A stretch of DNA of 64,000 bases from Hypanus sabinus (lineage: Eukaryota): contig NC_082719.1 of NCBI RefSeq assembly GCF_030144855.1, forward strand, positions 42,346,001 through 42,410,000. The letters run 5' to 3'. Below, piece by piece: positions 48,981 through 61,949 of the stretch. Numbering within the stretch: the first letter of the stretch is position 1; each line of letters opens with the position of its first letter. A program made the translations under genes and the position numbers. Below the pieces are notes generated by a model. It had not been told where the DNA came from. It made no database searches and was given only the letters and a program-made list of their open reading frames with translations.

Positions 48981-51589
48981 GTCAAAGAAAAACATTAAAC
49001 GAAAGCTACTGTTTTGCAGAGCATTTGGTCAGTCTGCTCCAATATTCCTTTATGTAGATTGATTTTAACTTCTGTTGGATAAAGTGTCTTGGAATGCTTT
49101 CCTAGGTTAATGTCTCTGCATAAATACTTATTGGCGTTGTTGGTGTCCTAATGAAAGACTGATAACTTATCATCCAGTTCAAAACATAACAGGAATTCTA
49201 TCAAAATCTTTCAAATAGAACAGCCCTAAAAATCATTTTGTAACCAAGAGACAATTAAACTTGCAAACTATAATCACAGAAACCCCTTGAGAATTGCTAC
49301 TTTAATGAGAACTGCCTAAAGTACTATCCACCACACAGATGTGATTATTTTGCCTTCATTACTACTGATTAATAGTACACAGGATACATCAACAGTACAA
49401 GCAGGATTTAATCACAAGTCTGCTGTACACTGAAATCTCTGTATGTGTATACCAAGCCTATTAAAATACTAATTGCATTTTATGACAAATGGATTCATCA
49501 TGAACCTGTTGTAAGACTTTTTTTGTGGCTAACCTTCAAATGAAGTGCTGTTTTTAAAATAGGAAGAGCAGCTATTAATGTTAGCACATTATAATCAAGT
49601 TACTGGAAGATAACTTATGAGCTTTAAAACACACAGCAATATGTGCAACGTTCACATGCAGCACAATGAATAATACATTGCGTCCTTGAAAGCCCAGGGG
49701 CTGTCAGCATCTATACTGGACAGTCTTAGCAGTTAATGGCCGTATAATATCAGGTTTAAGTTCACTCTTTCACTGTGGTTACTATATAATCTTTGCAGTT
49801 GCTGCATCTGACTAAATAGAAAAAGCTTTTCTGACCATGCCCCTAAGGAATTTGACGGATATTCATGTAGCAATAATATCCTGATGCGCAATTAGAAAAT
49901 ATGTACAGTAAAAGTATGCACAGACATAATAACAAATGAGTTAATAATAATTAAAACTAAGAAGAAAAACATTCTTAATTGTAAGAGAAAATTAAATTTC
50001 ACAGTTTCTTCAGCTATAATCGCACGATAAAATATGAGAGCATTTTCTTAAGGCCAATATACCAAGTTTTTTGTTATTAATCTTGTATGATTAAATACCG
50101 GTGTTTCTTTACTGATGTTACACTGCTGTTAATACTGGATAATGCAAAAGCTGCTGGAACCAAGCTGAAGTCACACTGAGTACACTCTGAGCTGGATAAG
50201 AAGCCCACCCAAGAACATACACAGAAACAAGATCAAGGTAAATGAAGAAACTCAAGGCTAAACTCACAAATTTAAATCTTAATTTTAATTTATATAATGG
50301 TTTTAGGATTACAAAATACTGAAAGGTACTTGCTGAAAAGGGATGAATATTAACTCCAAATTGAGTATAATGGGGAACAGAATAAATTCAAATGTATAAT
50401 TCTTGGGTTATATGGTTTCAAGGAGTCCTTTTCCAAGAGTGAGGCACACACAGCAGACGGACAGGTAATTATAGCAACAATTAACCTCCATATGAGATAA
50501 TGAGTTTTCTTTGCATTGAATATTATTTTTTTTAATCTCCCAGTGCTCAGCAGCTAAAAAGTGCAAAGGAGAGACAGATGCCTCAACAACTTTGCTTGCA
50601 AGCCCTGAGATATATAAATGCTTTATCGTCCCTTCTGTCAAACCTGCTTCCCTCCAACTGTTTGAACTCTACTTCCAACTAACAATCTATCTGGCCCACA
50701 CCTCTGTCATCTCCCACCACCTTATATAGTCTATCTAAAATGTTCAGCACTGTTTTCAATTTAGAAGAGAAAATTGTCAACAGTTGGCCAGTTTTAATTC
50801 ACCAAGAGCCATGCGTTTTTACTGAAGACATGGCCACAGTGCAAGAGAATATCATCCATAAGTTCTTCATTAAATCACACACCATCCTCTTATGGAAATG
50901 TGTGTTTCATCTTCCTTGCTGAGTTTAAACCCTGAAAATCACAACCAAACTGAAATTAAGCAATGCCTTCACCAGAAGGATTGCAGTTGTTCAAGCAGAT
51001 TGTTCACCACCGTTAACTCAATAACAATCAGGTATGAACAATAAATTCTGTCCTTGACAGCAATAACCATATTCTAAATACTGAACTAATTGAAAAAAAT
51101 TGAGACATTTTATCATGTTGCAAGGAAGTCTTTCATGCAATTTGTTGTGGGGTCCAACACTTATGCCTTTAAGAAAAAGGGACAATTTTTTTAAGAGATT
51201 GTACAATAATATCCTTGTCATTGCCAACACACTTCGCAAAACACATCTTTAAATTTTCAGAGTGCACGAACAGTGTGCAAGTTTCCCAAAGTCACTGTCC
51301 ACTCAGTAAATTCCCATTCACTGTCAGTTTAGCTGTTAGCTGTATTCTTTTTCCTTTATCAAAAGCTTGTGAATTCATCTCTACCTCAAAAGTTAACACA
51401 ATGACAAATGACAAATTACATCAGATAACAAGCTAATTCCACTGTGTAGCCTATAAAGAACTCTGCAAGAGGTATCTTAACTTACAATTCCTTATACAAT
51501 ATTGCCATGTGCATGTGCAATTTATGGTCCCTGTACAGCCCATGCACCATCCTCATCTTAAATTTTAACCCTGCTGTTGATGGCATTTA

Positions 51590-52030
51590 CAAGTCAAGTC
51601 AAGTCAACTCTTATTGTCATTTCAACCATAACTGCTGGTAAAGTGCATAGTAAAAATGAGACAATGTTTTTCAGGACCATGTTGTTACATGTCACAGTAC
51701 AAAAAACTAGACTGAACTACATAATAAAAAAAACACAGAAAGCTACACTAGACTACTGACCTACACTGGACTGCATAAAGTGCACAAAAAACAGTTCAGG
51801 CATTACAATAAATAATAAACAGGACAGTAGGGCAAGGTGTCAGTCCAGTCTCTGGGTATTGAGGAGTCTGATAGCTTGGGGGAAGAAACTGTTACATAGT
51901 CTGGTTGTGAGAGCCCGAATGCTTCAGAGCCTTTTCCCAGAAGGCAGGAAAGAGAAGAGATTGTATGAGGGGTGCATGGGGTCCTTTGCAGAAGCAGCGT
52001 CTAGTGTAAGTGTCCATGATGGCAGAAAGA
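51590..52030 (-). mobile_element. Rex1/Babar 3' end
   Basis: (caagt)n tail and gggaagaaactgtt.catag signature. Confidence 0.7.
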
Positions 52031-52461
52031 GAGCACATTAGCTTTTGAGCATTATTTTTAACAGGAATTTCAGTTAATTTTCTGGCTCATCCTATTTCAC
52101 TGCGAGCTATGGATTCTTGCTGAAAGCATGAGTACCATCTTGCTGACAGATTCCACCCAAAGGAAAGGTCAGCATGTTCAAAACAGGATGCACAAACTCA
52201 TTCATCCCAAGGGAAGTTTTATAAGAATGGGAAGATAAAGTTACCTGTATAGGGGATATTTCACTGTAATGTTTTTAATGCTTTTGTCTATTTTATTTTT
52301 AATAGTTCTTGAAGGTTTCTGATTGCCAGGGGAGATAGCATTAACACAGTTGCTCTTGTCCTGCCTTAAATTTTACCAAATATGTGATGGAAAGCAAAGA
52401 TACCATTCTTGTACAGGAGGCTTATAGCCACCACGTTCTTTTTTATGGAACACTAACATAG

Positions 52462-52592
52462 GAGCAACAAAAAATCTGCTGGAAGAACTCAGTGGGTTGA
52501 GCACCATCTGTGGAAGGAAAGGAATTATCAAGGTTTCACGCTTCTCCAGCATCTGACTGTTGATTCAGCTTCTTGCTTCTGCAATCCCTTGT
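52462..52592. mobile_element. Tail-out inverted pair of Penelope pLTR ends
   Basis: tgctggaagaactcag..catctgtggaagg..gtttca on the left and ctccagcatctg..ctgcaatcccttgt on the right. Confidence 0.5.
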
Positions 52593-53280
52593 AGAGTGCT
52601 TCCAAATAAATATGGGACATCGTCAAATCTCAGGGGCAAATTTAGATAGAGAGCTGTGCATAGCAAAACCCAGTCCACTGCTTTTAGAAGTACAGAGTTA
52701 GAAACCACAAAGACACAGTGAAGCCTGTCATTCTAGAAGTCAGAAGTACATTGTTTCAAACAGATGTAACACAATTATCAGCAATTTTTTGATCAAGATG
52801 ATATTTATAAATCTTTAAGTTTATAAATTAAAGATACCTTGACTTTACTGGTCAAAACAATGTGAATGTTAAGCCAATGATAATTATACATATGTTCCAA
52901 GTGCTTCATAGAATACTTGTTTTCTTCCTATGGCATGCTCTAAAGTAGATCTGTTTCATAAATGGAACTATAGTGTTTCTAAACAGTGAATTTAAAGTTC
53001 CAGTAAGATGACTAAAAGGTTGAAAATCACATTACTGAGCATTATTCAAAGTTCAAAGTAAATTTATTATTAAAGTACATATATGTCACCACATACAGCT
53101 CTGAGATTCATTTTCTTGAGGGCATACTTAGCAAATCTATAGAATAGCAATCTTAACAAGATCAATGAAAGATCACCCAGAGTGCAGAAGACAATAAACT
53201 GTGCAAATATAAATAAATAGCAATAAATAATAAGAGCATGCGATAAAGAGTCCTTAAAGTGAGACATTGGTAGTAGGAAC

Positions 53281-53381
53281 TGTTATGAAGGATGAACAGT
53301 TCTGATGGGCAGAAGGGTGCAGAGTTGTCCATGTTCCCCCCACCCCCCTGGGAGAATCACAAACCATTACTGGTGCTATGC

Positions 53382-53435
<54 letters not shown>

Positions 53436-54251
53436 TAAAGAAAACATGCAAGAACATCTGCTACAGATAAGAGAGTTAAGAGAGGGGAGAGAGACTTGTT
53501 GATTCACCTTCTTATGACTTGTTAGGGTTATTTATCTTGTACCATTCTGTTCATTAACATTCCTCAGTGGACAGCCGGAGTGGGCTGGTTTGATGGACAC
53601 AGCCATTCAAAATTGATTGACAACTGAGACCCTTTGAGTAGGGATAAAAGTCAGGTCTGGAGAGACACCCTTCAGACACACCAGTGGACACTGATTGAGT
53701 GTTGGAACCCACGGGAAGGTGTGGGACATCAGAAACCGAACAAAGGATCGGTCAGTAAAACTCACTGTGTTATAGCAGGGCCGGTGGGGACTTGTGTGTG
53801 TCCACTCATGCCAGAGTGAAGAGTCCACTACAGAAGAACGGTCTAGCTGAAAGACAGAGGGGTCATAACTGAACGGCCACAACGATACGACGGATCAAGA
53901 ACGCAAAGGAAGGTTTGCCTGATTGTAGCTGTTTTTTCTCACTCCCTCTCTCTCTCCCCAATGATTACAACACAACAACCAATAACTACCTCAGCACGCA
54001 TGAACTGAACTGAACTTTATATTTTTCTATGACAATTCATTACCCCCTAGACATTGATAGAGCTTGTTTATTATTGCTTATTATTATTCCTACACTTTTA
54101 GGTTTATTATTGCTAACGTGTATTATCTATATATTTGCATTATTGATATTGATTTGCTTATTTTATTAATACTTTTGAATATAGTACCACCAGACTCCAA
54201 CGGATTCTTCTTTCTCTGCTGGTCAGACACCCAGTTACGGGGTACATAACA
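53281..54251 (+). mobile_element. Solo LTR (Gypsy-like)
   Basis: TGTTATG...CATAACA termini, TSD GAAC (53277-53280 / 54252-54255), and GGGATAAAAG at 53641. Confidence 0.9.
53385..53432. repeat. (GA)24 microsatellite inside the LTR
   Basis: Perfect GA run. Confidence 0.95.
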
Positions 54252-57200
54252 GAACATTTCAATGATGGGGCAAGTAAGTGTAGTTATCCCCTTTTATTCA
54301 AGAGCCTGATGTTTAAAGGGTAGTATCTGTTCTTGAACCTGGTGGCCTGATTCATGAGGCTCTTGTACCTCCTGCCTGATGACAGCCGCTAGAAGAGAGC
54401 ATAGCCTGGGTGGTGGGGATCTCTGATTATGGATGCTGCTTTCCCATGACAGTGTTTCATGAGGATGTGCTCAATGGTGGAGAGGGCTTTCCCCATGACG
54501 GACCCGGCCAAAAACATTACCTTTGGTAGGATTTTCTCTTCAAAGACTTTGGGATCTCCATACTTGCAGCCAGTCAATACACTCTCCACTACATATCTAT
54601 AGAAGTTTGTCAAAGTTTTAGATGGTATGCTGAATCTCCACTAACTCCTCAGGAAGTAGAGGTGCTGCTGTGTTTTCTTTGTAACTGCACTTACGTGCTG
54701 CGTCCAGAACAAGTCCTCTGAAATAGTAAAACCCAGGAATTTAAAGTTGCTGACCCTCTCCACCTCTGATCCTCCAATGAGGACTGGCTCATGGACCTCT
54801 GGTTTCCCTCTTCTGAAGTATATAATCAGTTCCTTGATCCTGCTGACATTGAGTGAGATGGTGTTTTTAAGACACCGCTCAAATTTTCAAGCTTCCTCCT
54901 GTATCCTGTTTCATCATTACATTTGATTCAGCCCACAACAGTGGTGTCATCCTCAAACTTGATTATGGCATTGGGGCTGAGCTTAGCTGCACAGATATAG
55001 GTGTAAAGTGAGTAGAGTAGGGGGCTAAGCACGCAGCCCTGTGGTCCACCTGTGTTGATGGAAATCATGGAGATGTTGTTGCCAATTCAAACTGACTGGG
55101 ATCTGCAAGTGAGGAAACCCAGGATCCAACTGTTGAAGGAAGCATTGAGGGCAAGGTCTTGGAGCTTACTGATTAGTTTTGAGAGGACGATGGTATTGAA
55201 TGCTGAGCTGTAGTCAAAGAGAATCCTAATGTATGCACCTTTGGTGTCCTGATGTTCCAGGGTTGAGTAACGAGTTAATGAGCTGGCATGTGCTGTAGAT
55301 TTGTTGCTCCGGTAAACAAATTGGAGCAGATCCAAGCCACCTGTCAGGCAGGAGCTGATATGTTTCATCACCAACTTCTCAAAACAGTTGATCACTATGG
55401 ATGTAAGTGCTGCTAGTCATTGAGACAGGCCACCATGCTTTCTTGGGCAATGGTATAAAAGCCTGCTTGAAGCAGGTAGATACCGCACACTGCCAATGTG
55501 AGAGGTTAAGGACCTCAGTGAACACACCAGCCAGTTGATCAACACAGGTCTTTAGTACATAGCTAGGTGCCCTGTCCAGTCAGATGTCACCTTCCTGAAG
55601 GTAGCTCACATGTCAGCTTTAGAGACTGAGATCATTGGATTATCAGGGAATGTGGGGGTTCATAATGGTTTCTCTATGTTCAATGGTCAAAGTGACCATA
55701 GAAGGCGGTGAGGTCATCTGGAAGCGAAGCCCTGCTATCACCCATGTTATAGGAGGTGATAGCATTCAAGCCCTGCCACAGCAGTCAGGTTTAATCTGGA
55801 ATTTCCTCTTCACCTGTGAGATTAATAACTGTAAAATATTCAATAGCAAAACAGTACATTATCCATCTTTTAATATATGCCAGTCCTGAGGAAATATTCT
55901 AGAAATTAAAAAGTTAATGTGAATCTCAAATTATATAATGCTAATAACGATGCCTTACCAATAGACGTGTTTATTGCTTTAATAATTTATTTCAATTCTT
56001 CAAGAGAGTTGGTTGTGGCAATGTTAAATTTATTCGAATTTTACCACTGACAAATTTCCATTATTGTCTAAATTTGTGAATTTGATCAGTCTAATATGAT
56101 GTTTCATGCATTTCAGTATAAAATTAGTGCCTAAATTAATGTGTAGTTATCTTTGCAAAGTCTCTGACCAAGGAATGGTCTTGACTTCTTTTTGAAGGCA
56201 TTCATGACTCTGATGTGCCTACAATGCTGGTTTTTAGCCAGTATCCTCAGGAGGTTTGACCACAAACACATTCCAGTAACATTAGTGGCACTTGGCATCT
56301 TGTTTTGTTTTGATACAAGTTCTATCAAGCATTCAGGCTCCAGAGGAATGTTCAGACCTGTATCAGTATTTAAGACTTTCTGATTGTTCCTGAGGTGGTG
56401 GGTATCTATAATCTTTTGTTGTTTACAGTACCTGCAGGCATCACACCTCTGTGAGTTTTTCATTGGAAACTTCCTCTGCATTTTCTCTTCCTGCTCAATT
56501 AACTCTCCAAGTTTTTGCAACCTCCATTCCATGTATGAAAATTAAGACTGAGTTGAGGCCCATGTGTAAAATTTCTCCTTGGGCTATAACAACAAAATCT
56601 CATTCTGATAGCTGGCTTCTCTGTTCCACCAGCAATGGATTGACAAATATTTCTTTAACCAGCTCAGCTTTCTCTCAACTAGATATCCTTTCATGCTGAG
56701 TAAATTAGGATGAAAGTCTTAAAGCGGAAGACCATCATGACTGTTCAAAGTAGATGGTGTGTTATGGATTTCAAATTAGCTTATTATTGTCACATGCAGT
56801 GAAAATACAGTGGAAAGCTTTGCTTGCTTGCTGTTGATATAGATCAGATCTTTGCACAGTACATAGAGGTAAAATAAGGTAAAACAAAGAAAGTGCAGAA
56901 TGAAGTGTAACAGCTACAGAGAAAGTACAGTGCCGGTAAACAATAAGATGCAAGATCATAACAAGGTACATTGTGAGGTCAAGAGTCCGACTTAAAACAC
57001 TAGGGAACTATTTAACAGTCTAACAGTGGGGTAGGAGCTGTTCATCAGCCTAGTGTTGGGTGTTTTCAGGCTTTTGTATCTTCTGCCCCATTGAAGTGGG
57101 GAGAAGAGAAAATGTCCAGGGTGGGGGAGATGTCTGATTTTGCTGGCTGCTTTACTGAGGCAGTGAGAAGTATAGACAGAGTACGTGGAGGGGAGGCTGG

Positions 57201-57838
57201 TCTCCAGGATGTGCTGAACTGCGTCCACAACTCTATGTAGTTTCTTGCCATCACATGCAGAACAAGCTGTACTGCATCCAGATAGCTCTCTGCGGAGACT
57301 TAATAAAAAATAGTAAGGGTCAATGGGGATATACCAAATTTCTTTAGCTTCCTGAGGAAGTATAAGCATTGGCCATGACCTTGATGTGGTTGGATCAGGA
57401 CAGACTACCGATGATGTTCACTCTTAAGAACTTGAAGTTCTCAAACACCTTGACCCCAACACAATTGATGTAGACAAGAGCATGTGCTCCACGCCCTTTT
57501 CTCAAGTCAGTGACTAGCCCTTTTGTTTTGCTGACATTGAGATAAAGTTTGATGTCATGGCAATCCATTGCTAAACTCTATCTCCTCCATGTACTCGGAC
57601 TCATTGTTACTTAAGGTATGGCCTAGACAATGGTATCATCTGCAAACTCGTAGATGGAGTTAGAGCAGAATGTAGCTGTGCAATCCTGAGTGTACAGGGA
57701 GTAGAGTAGGAGATTAATTGCTTAACTTTGTGAACCAAAGAATAATCATGGCAAAAGAGTTGCTGCCTCCTTTACTGATTGCAGTCTGTTGCTCTGGAAG
57801 TCAAGGATCTGGTTGCAGAAAGAGGCTCTGGAGTTTGG

Positions 57839-59845
57839 AAATCTGCAGATGCTGGAAATCCAAGCAACACATACACAATGCTGGTGGAACACAGCAGGCC
57901 GGGCAGTATCTATAGAAAGAACCACTGTCAACGTTTCTGGCTGAGACCCTTCGTCAGGACTAACTGAAAGAAAAGATAGTAAGAGATTTGAAAGTAGGAG
58001 GGGGAGGGGGAAATGCAAAATGATAAGAGAAGACCAGAGGGAATGGGGTGAAGCCAAGATCTGGAAAGCTGATTGGCAACAGGGATACAGAGCTGGAGAA
58101 GGGAAAGGATCATGGGACAGGAGGCCTCAGGAGAAAGAAAGGGGGAGGGGAGCACCAGAGAGATGGAGAACAGGCAGAGTGATGGGCAGAGAGGAAAAAA
58201 AATGGGAGGGGGGAAAATAAATAAATCAGGGATGGGGTAAGAAGGGGAGGAGGGGCATTAACAGAAGTTAGAGAAGTCAATATTCATGCCATCAGATTGA
58301 AGGCTACCCAGACAGTATATAAGGTGTTGTTCCTCCAACCTAAGTGTGGCTTCATTTTGACAGTAGAGGAGGCCATGGATAGACATATCAGAATGGGAAT
58401 GGGACGTGGAATTAAAATGTATGGCCACTGGGAGATCCTGCTTTCTCTGGCGGACAGAGCGTAGGTGTTCAGCGAAACAGTCTCCCAGTCTGCGTCGGGT
58501 CTCACCAATATATAAAAGGCCACACCGGGAGCACCAGACGCAGTATACCACGCCAGCCGACTCACAGGTAAAGTGTCACCTCACCTGGAAGGACTGTCTG
58601 GGGATCCGAATGGTGGTGAAAGAGAAAGTGTAAGGGCAGGTGTAGCACGTGTTCCGCTTACAAGGATAAGTGCCAGGAGGGAGCTCAGTGGGAGGGATGG
58701 GGGGACGAATGGACAAGGGAGTCGCGTAGGGAGTGATCCCTATGGAAAGCAGTAAGAGGAGGGGAGGGAAAGATGTGCTTGGTGGTGGGATCCCATTGGA
58801 GGTGGCAGAAGTTACAGAGAATTATATGTTGGACTCTGAGGCTGGTGGGGTGGTAGGTGAGGACAAGGGGAACCCTATCCCGAGTGGGGTGGCGGGCGGA
58901 TGGGGTGAGGGCAGATTTGCAGGAAATGGGAGAGATGCATTTGAGAGCAGAGTTGATGGTAGAAGAAGGGTAGCCCCTTTGTTTAAAAAAGAAAGACATC
59001 TCCTTCGTCCTGGAATGAAAAGCGTCATCCTGAGAGCAGATGCAGCAGAGATGGAGGAAATATGAGAAGGGGATAGCATTTTTGCAAGAGACAGAGTGAG
59101 AAGAGGAATAGTCCAGGTAGCTGTGAAAGTTAGTGTGTTTATAGTAGCTATCAGTAGATAGGCCGTCTCCAGAGATGGAGACAGAAAGATCAAGAAAGAG
59201 TAGGTGACAGAAATGGACCAGGTAAATTTGAGGGCAGGGTGAAAGTTGGAGGCAAAGTTAATGAAGTCAGCGAGCTCAGCATACGTACAGGAGGCAGCAC
59301 CAATGCAGTCATCGATGTAGCGAAGGAAAAGAGGGGGATGGATACCCGTTTAGGCTTGGAACATGGACTGTTCCACAAAGCCAACAAAAAGACAGGCATA
59401 ACTGGGACCCATGTGGGTGCCCGTGGCTACACCTTTGGTTTGGAGGAAGTGGGAGGAGCTTAAGGAGAAATTATTGAGAGTAAGAACTAATTCTGCTAGA
59501 CAGAGGAGAGTGGAGGTAGAGGGGAATTGGCTAGGTCTGGAATCCAAAAAGGAGTGGAGAGCTTTGAGACCTTCTTGGTGGAGGATGGAGGTATATAGGG
59601 ACTGGATGTCTATGGTGAAAATAAGGCGGTGGGGGCCAGGGAACTTAACATCATTGAAAAAATTCAAAGCGTGAGAAGAGTCACAAACATAGGTGGGAAG
59701 AGTTTGAACAAGGGGGGATGAAACAGTGCCAAGGTATGCAGAAATGAGTTCGGTGGGGCAGGAGCAAGCTGAGACAATGGGTCTACCTGGACAGGTAGAT
59801 TTGTGGATCTTGGGTAGGAGGTAGAAATGGGAAGTGTGGGGTGTG
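57839..59845 (-). mobile_element. Penelope/Poseidon-like retroelement, 5'-truncated (RT plus GIY-YIG plus pLTR), frameshifted
   Basis: FYLLPKIHK..PGRPIVS, TIDIQSLYTSI, QTKGVATGTHMGPSYACLF, YIDD (59319-59308) and VYCVWCSRCGLLYIGET. 9-bp TSD GGAGTTTGG (57830-57838 / 59846-59854). Confidence 0.95.
57925..57961 (-). ncRNA. Minimal type I hammerhead ribozyme (core intact, stems partly decayed)
   Basis: RNA AGUC-CUGACGA-AGGGUCUCAGCCA-GAAA-CGUU/GACAG. Confidence 0.65.
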
Positions 59846-60139
59846 GGAGTTTGGTGATGAATTTGCTTGGAATTATATTATTGAAGGTAGAACTATCGTC
59901 AATACACATTGGTCTGACATAGTTATCTTTACTGTGCAGAAGGAGATGACATCTGCCATCAAACGGTTTCAGTGAATTGCAGTGGGTCTGGGTTGGTTGG
60001 GGTTAATAGGGACTTTGCCAAGCCTCTTGAAGCACTTCATGATGCTGGATGTCAGAGCCACTGGGAGGTGCAGTAGCTAGGTAAGCAGCCAGAGATGAAA
60101 GAGGGAGATACATGGATAAGCATTGAATAAGCAATTTAA

Positions 60140-60500
60140 CATATAAGGTGCATTTGATGTCTCTGGACCCATACTCGTTGGAGTTCGGAGAGATATCATT
60201 GATCCTCCAATTACTGAAAGTCTGGAATAAAGTGGATGTGGAGAGGATAGTGTCATTAGGAGGAGAGTCTGTGAACCAAGGACACAGCCTCAAAATCAAT
60301 GGACGTCACTTTGAAACTGATGAGAAGGATCTTTTTAAACCTAATGGTGGTGAATCCATGGAATTTGTTTGCAAGAGGGCAATGGAGGCCAAGTCACTGA
60401 TTGCACTAAAGGCAGGGATTGATAGGGTTAAGGGTTATGGGGAGAAAAGGGAATTAAGGGAATGGGGTTGAAAAGAAATCAGTTCAGTTGCTCCTGAATT
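60140..60500 (+). mobile_element. CR1 3' fragment
   Basis: YSLEF..KV.NKVDVER..GHSLKI. Confidence 0.7.
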
Positions 60501-61949
60501 TTGTTTCTTTTAAACCATAAGGCTGGTCTGCAACCACAAGAGGTTGCTTTGGGTGGGGGAAACCTATTAAATGAGAAAGTTATGCTGAATAAACTGCAAA
60601 AACAGATCTTCCCTTTCTCCTTATGAACATTTCCCTACCCTTGTTTGTTTTTTCAGATAAATGAAATCCACTTTATTCATAGCTCTGTTGTTAATAAGCA
60701 CAGTACTTATTTCCCAAAAACCACTATCATTTTCAATTTCCTTATTGTTATTTGATGGTTGCAACATGTTCCTAGTAATTTAATCTATCCTTTGTTATTG
60801 CTTAGCTCAAACCAAAGAGTTGGACAACATCTCTGTTTAAATCCTTATATACTGGTCCCATCATTTGATTAATACTGAGGCTCCTACTGTTCTTTCCTAA
60901 TCTCCTCTCTCGAAAATTGTATATTCAGAATTTGATAAGGACAAATTGCAGCATTATTTAATTAGAGCTTGATGTTATAATTTAATTATTTTTGTCTATA
61001 TTTTGTTTCTCATCCATGTTTCTTTGTTTCTCTGATTTTATATATATATATTTGTTTCATTCATATTAATTTTTACTATCTTCTTCTATTTATCCTGTGC
61101 AAATGTTTTTATTTCTTCTGTGAAATCAGTGTTACTCTCTCACACAGCTCCATTTTGTGGTTCCAGTTATCCTGTTTAAACTGAATAGTTCTGTTGAACA
61201 GCTCTTCCACTGCCCAGATGAAACCCCAACCTATACGTAGCCCCTCAGGTCATTATTATTGTACTGTATATCACATGGCACAACCAGTTTATTATCATGC
61301 ACCTCCAACTCTCCTCTAAAAGCCCTTAATAAAATGAAATTCAACTTTTGCTCGATTTTAAATGGAATGTGCATTGCATTTGTTTTCTTTAAAAAAAAAA
61401 GAGAATCCCAACCTATTCCACAAGGTTCGCCACCCCCAATCCACTTTCTCAAATGTGACCACTCTACCAGCGATGTGTAGAGTTCAGCTGGCAGATAACA
61501 ATGTGATATATGGGAAGGCTGTTTGTTCTGGTTGAAGGGCAATGGGTATCAATATCTCTTCGCAAAACCCCATCAAGGAATTTATACTTACAAGGGGACT
61601 AATGAATTGGTAAAGCCATGTTTCCCTCCTTACTCTTTCATTCATAGGGCAAATTTTGTATTCACAAAAATTGTTCAGCAGTAATTTAAAATTGTTGGAA
61701 GATATCATTATTATATTTTATTTCCCTTCACAACAAGCAAATTTGGGGATTCTAATTTGTTCCTACAGATACAGGTGTATGTTCAATACATCTTTGCAAC
61801 TTATGTAGATGAGAACTGTCAGGATCAGTTATAATCAGTGATTAAGATTACCTGAAGTAAAACTGAAATAAAATCAAAATATTTTGTTAATTAAATGATA
61901 GCACCCATGATTGTCATACATTCCAGTGTAAAAACTGTCATTAACAAAG

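Larger units (their letters stand above)
53046..55830 (-). mobile_element. Rex1/Babar LINE interrupted by a solo LTR
   Basis: ORF CFEKLVMKHI..LD.LQF.YR..DYSSAFNTI..WIL.FLT.R.QSV and a (ttcaaag) tail. Confidence 0.88.
56770..60090 (-). mobile_element. Rex1/Babar LINE split by a Penelope insertion
   Basis: Rex1 tail at 56770, antisense FADDT motif near 57640, and 'SSTFNNIIPSKFITKL' resuming after 59846. Confidence 0.8.

Noticed and set aside
53254-53502. ORFs with SLSLSL / ERERER runs
   Set aside because: Translation of the (GA)n microsatellite within a solo LTR.
56131-56532. 133-aa ORF as a host gene
   Set aside because: No recognisable domain or convincing splice boundaries; chance ORF or a highly decayed element.
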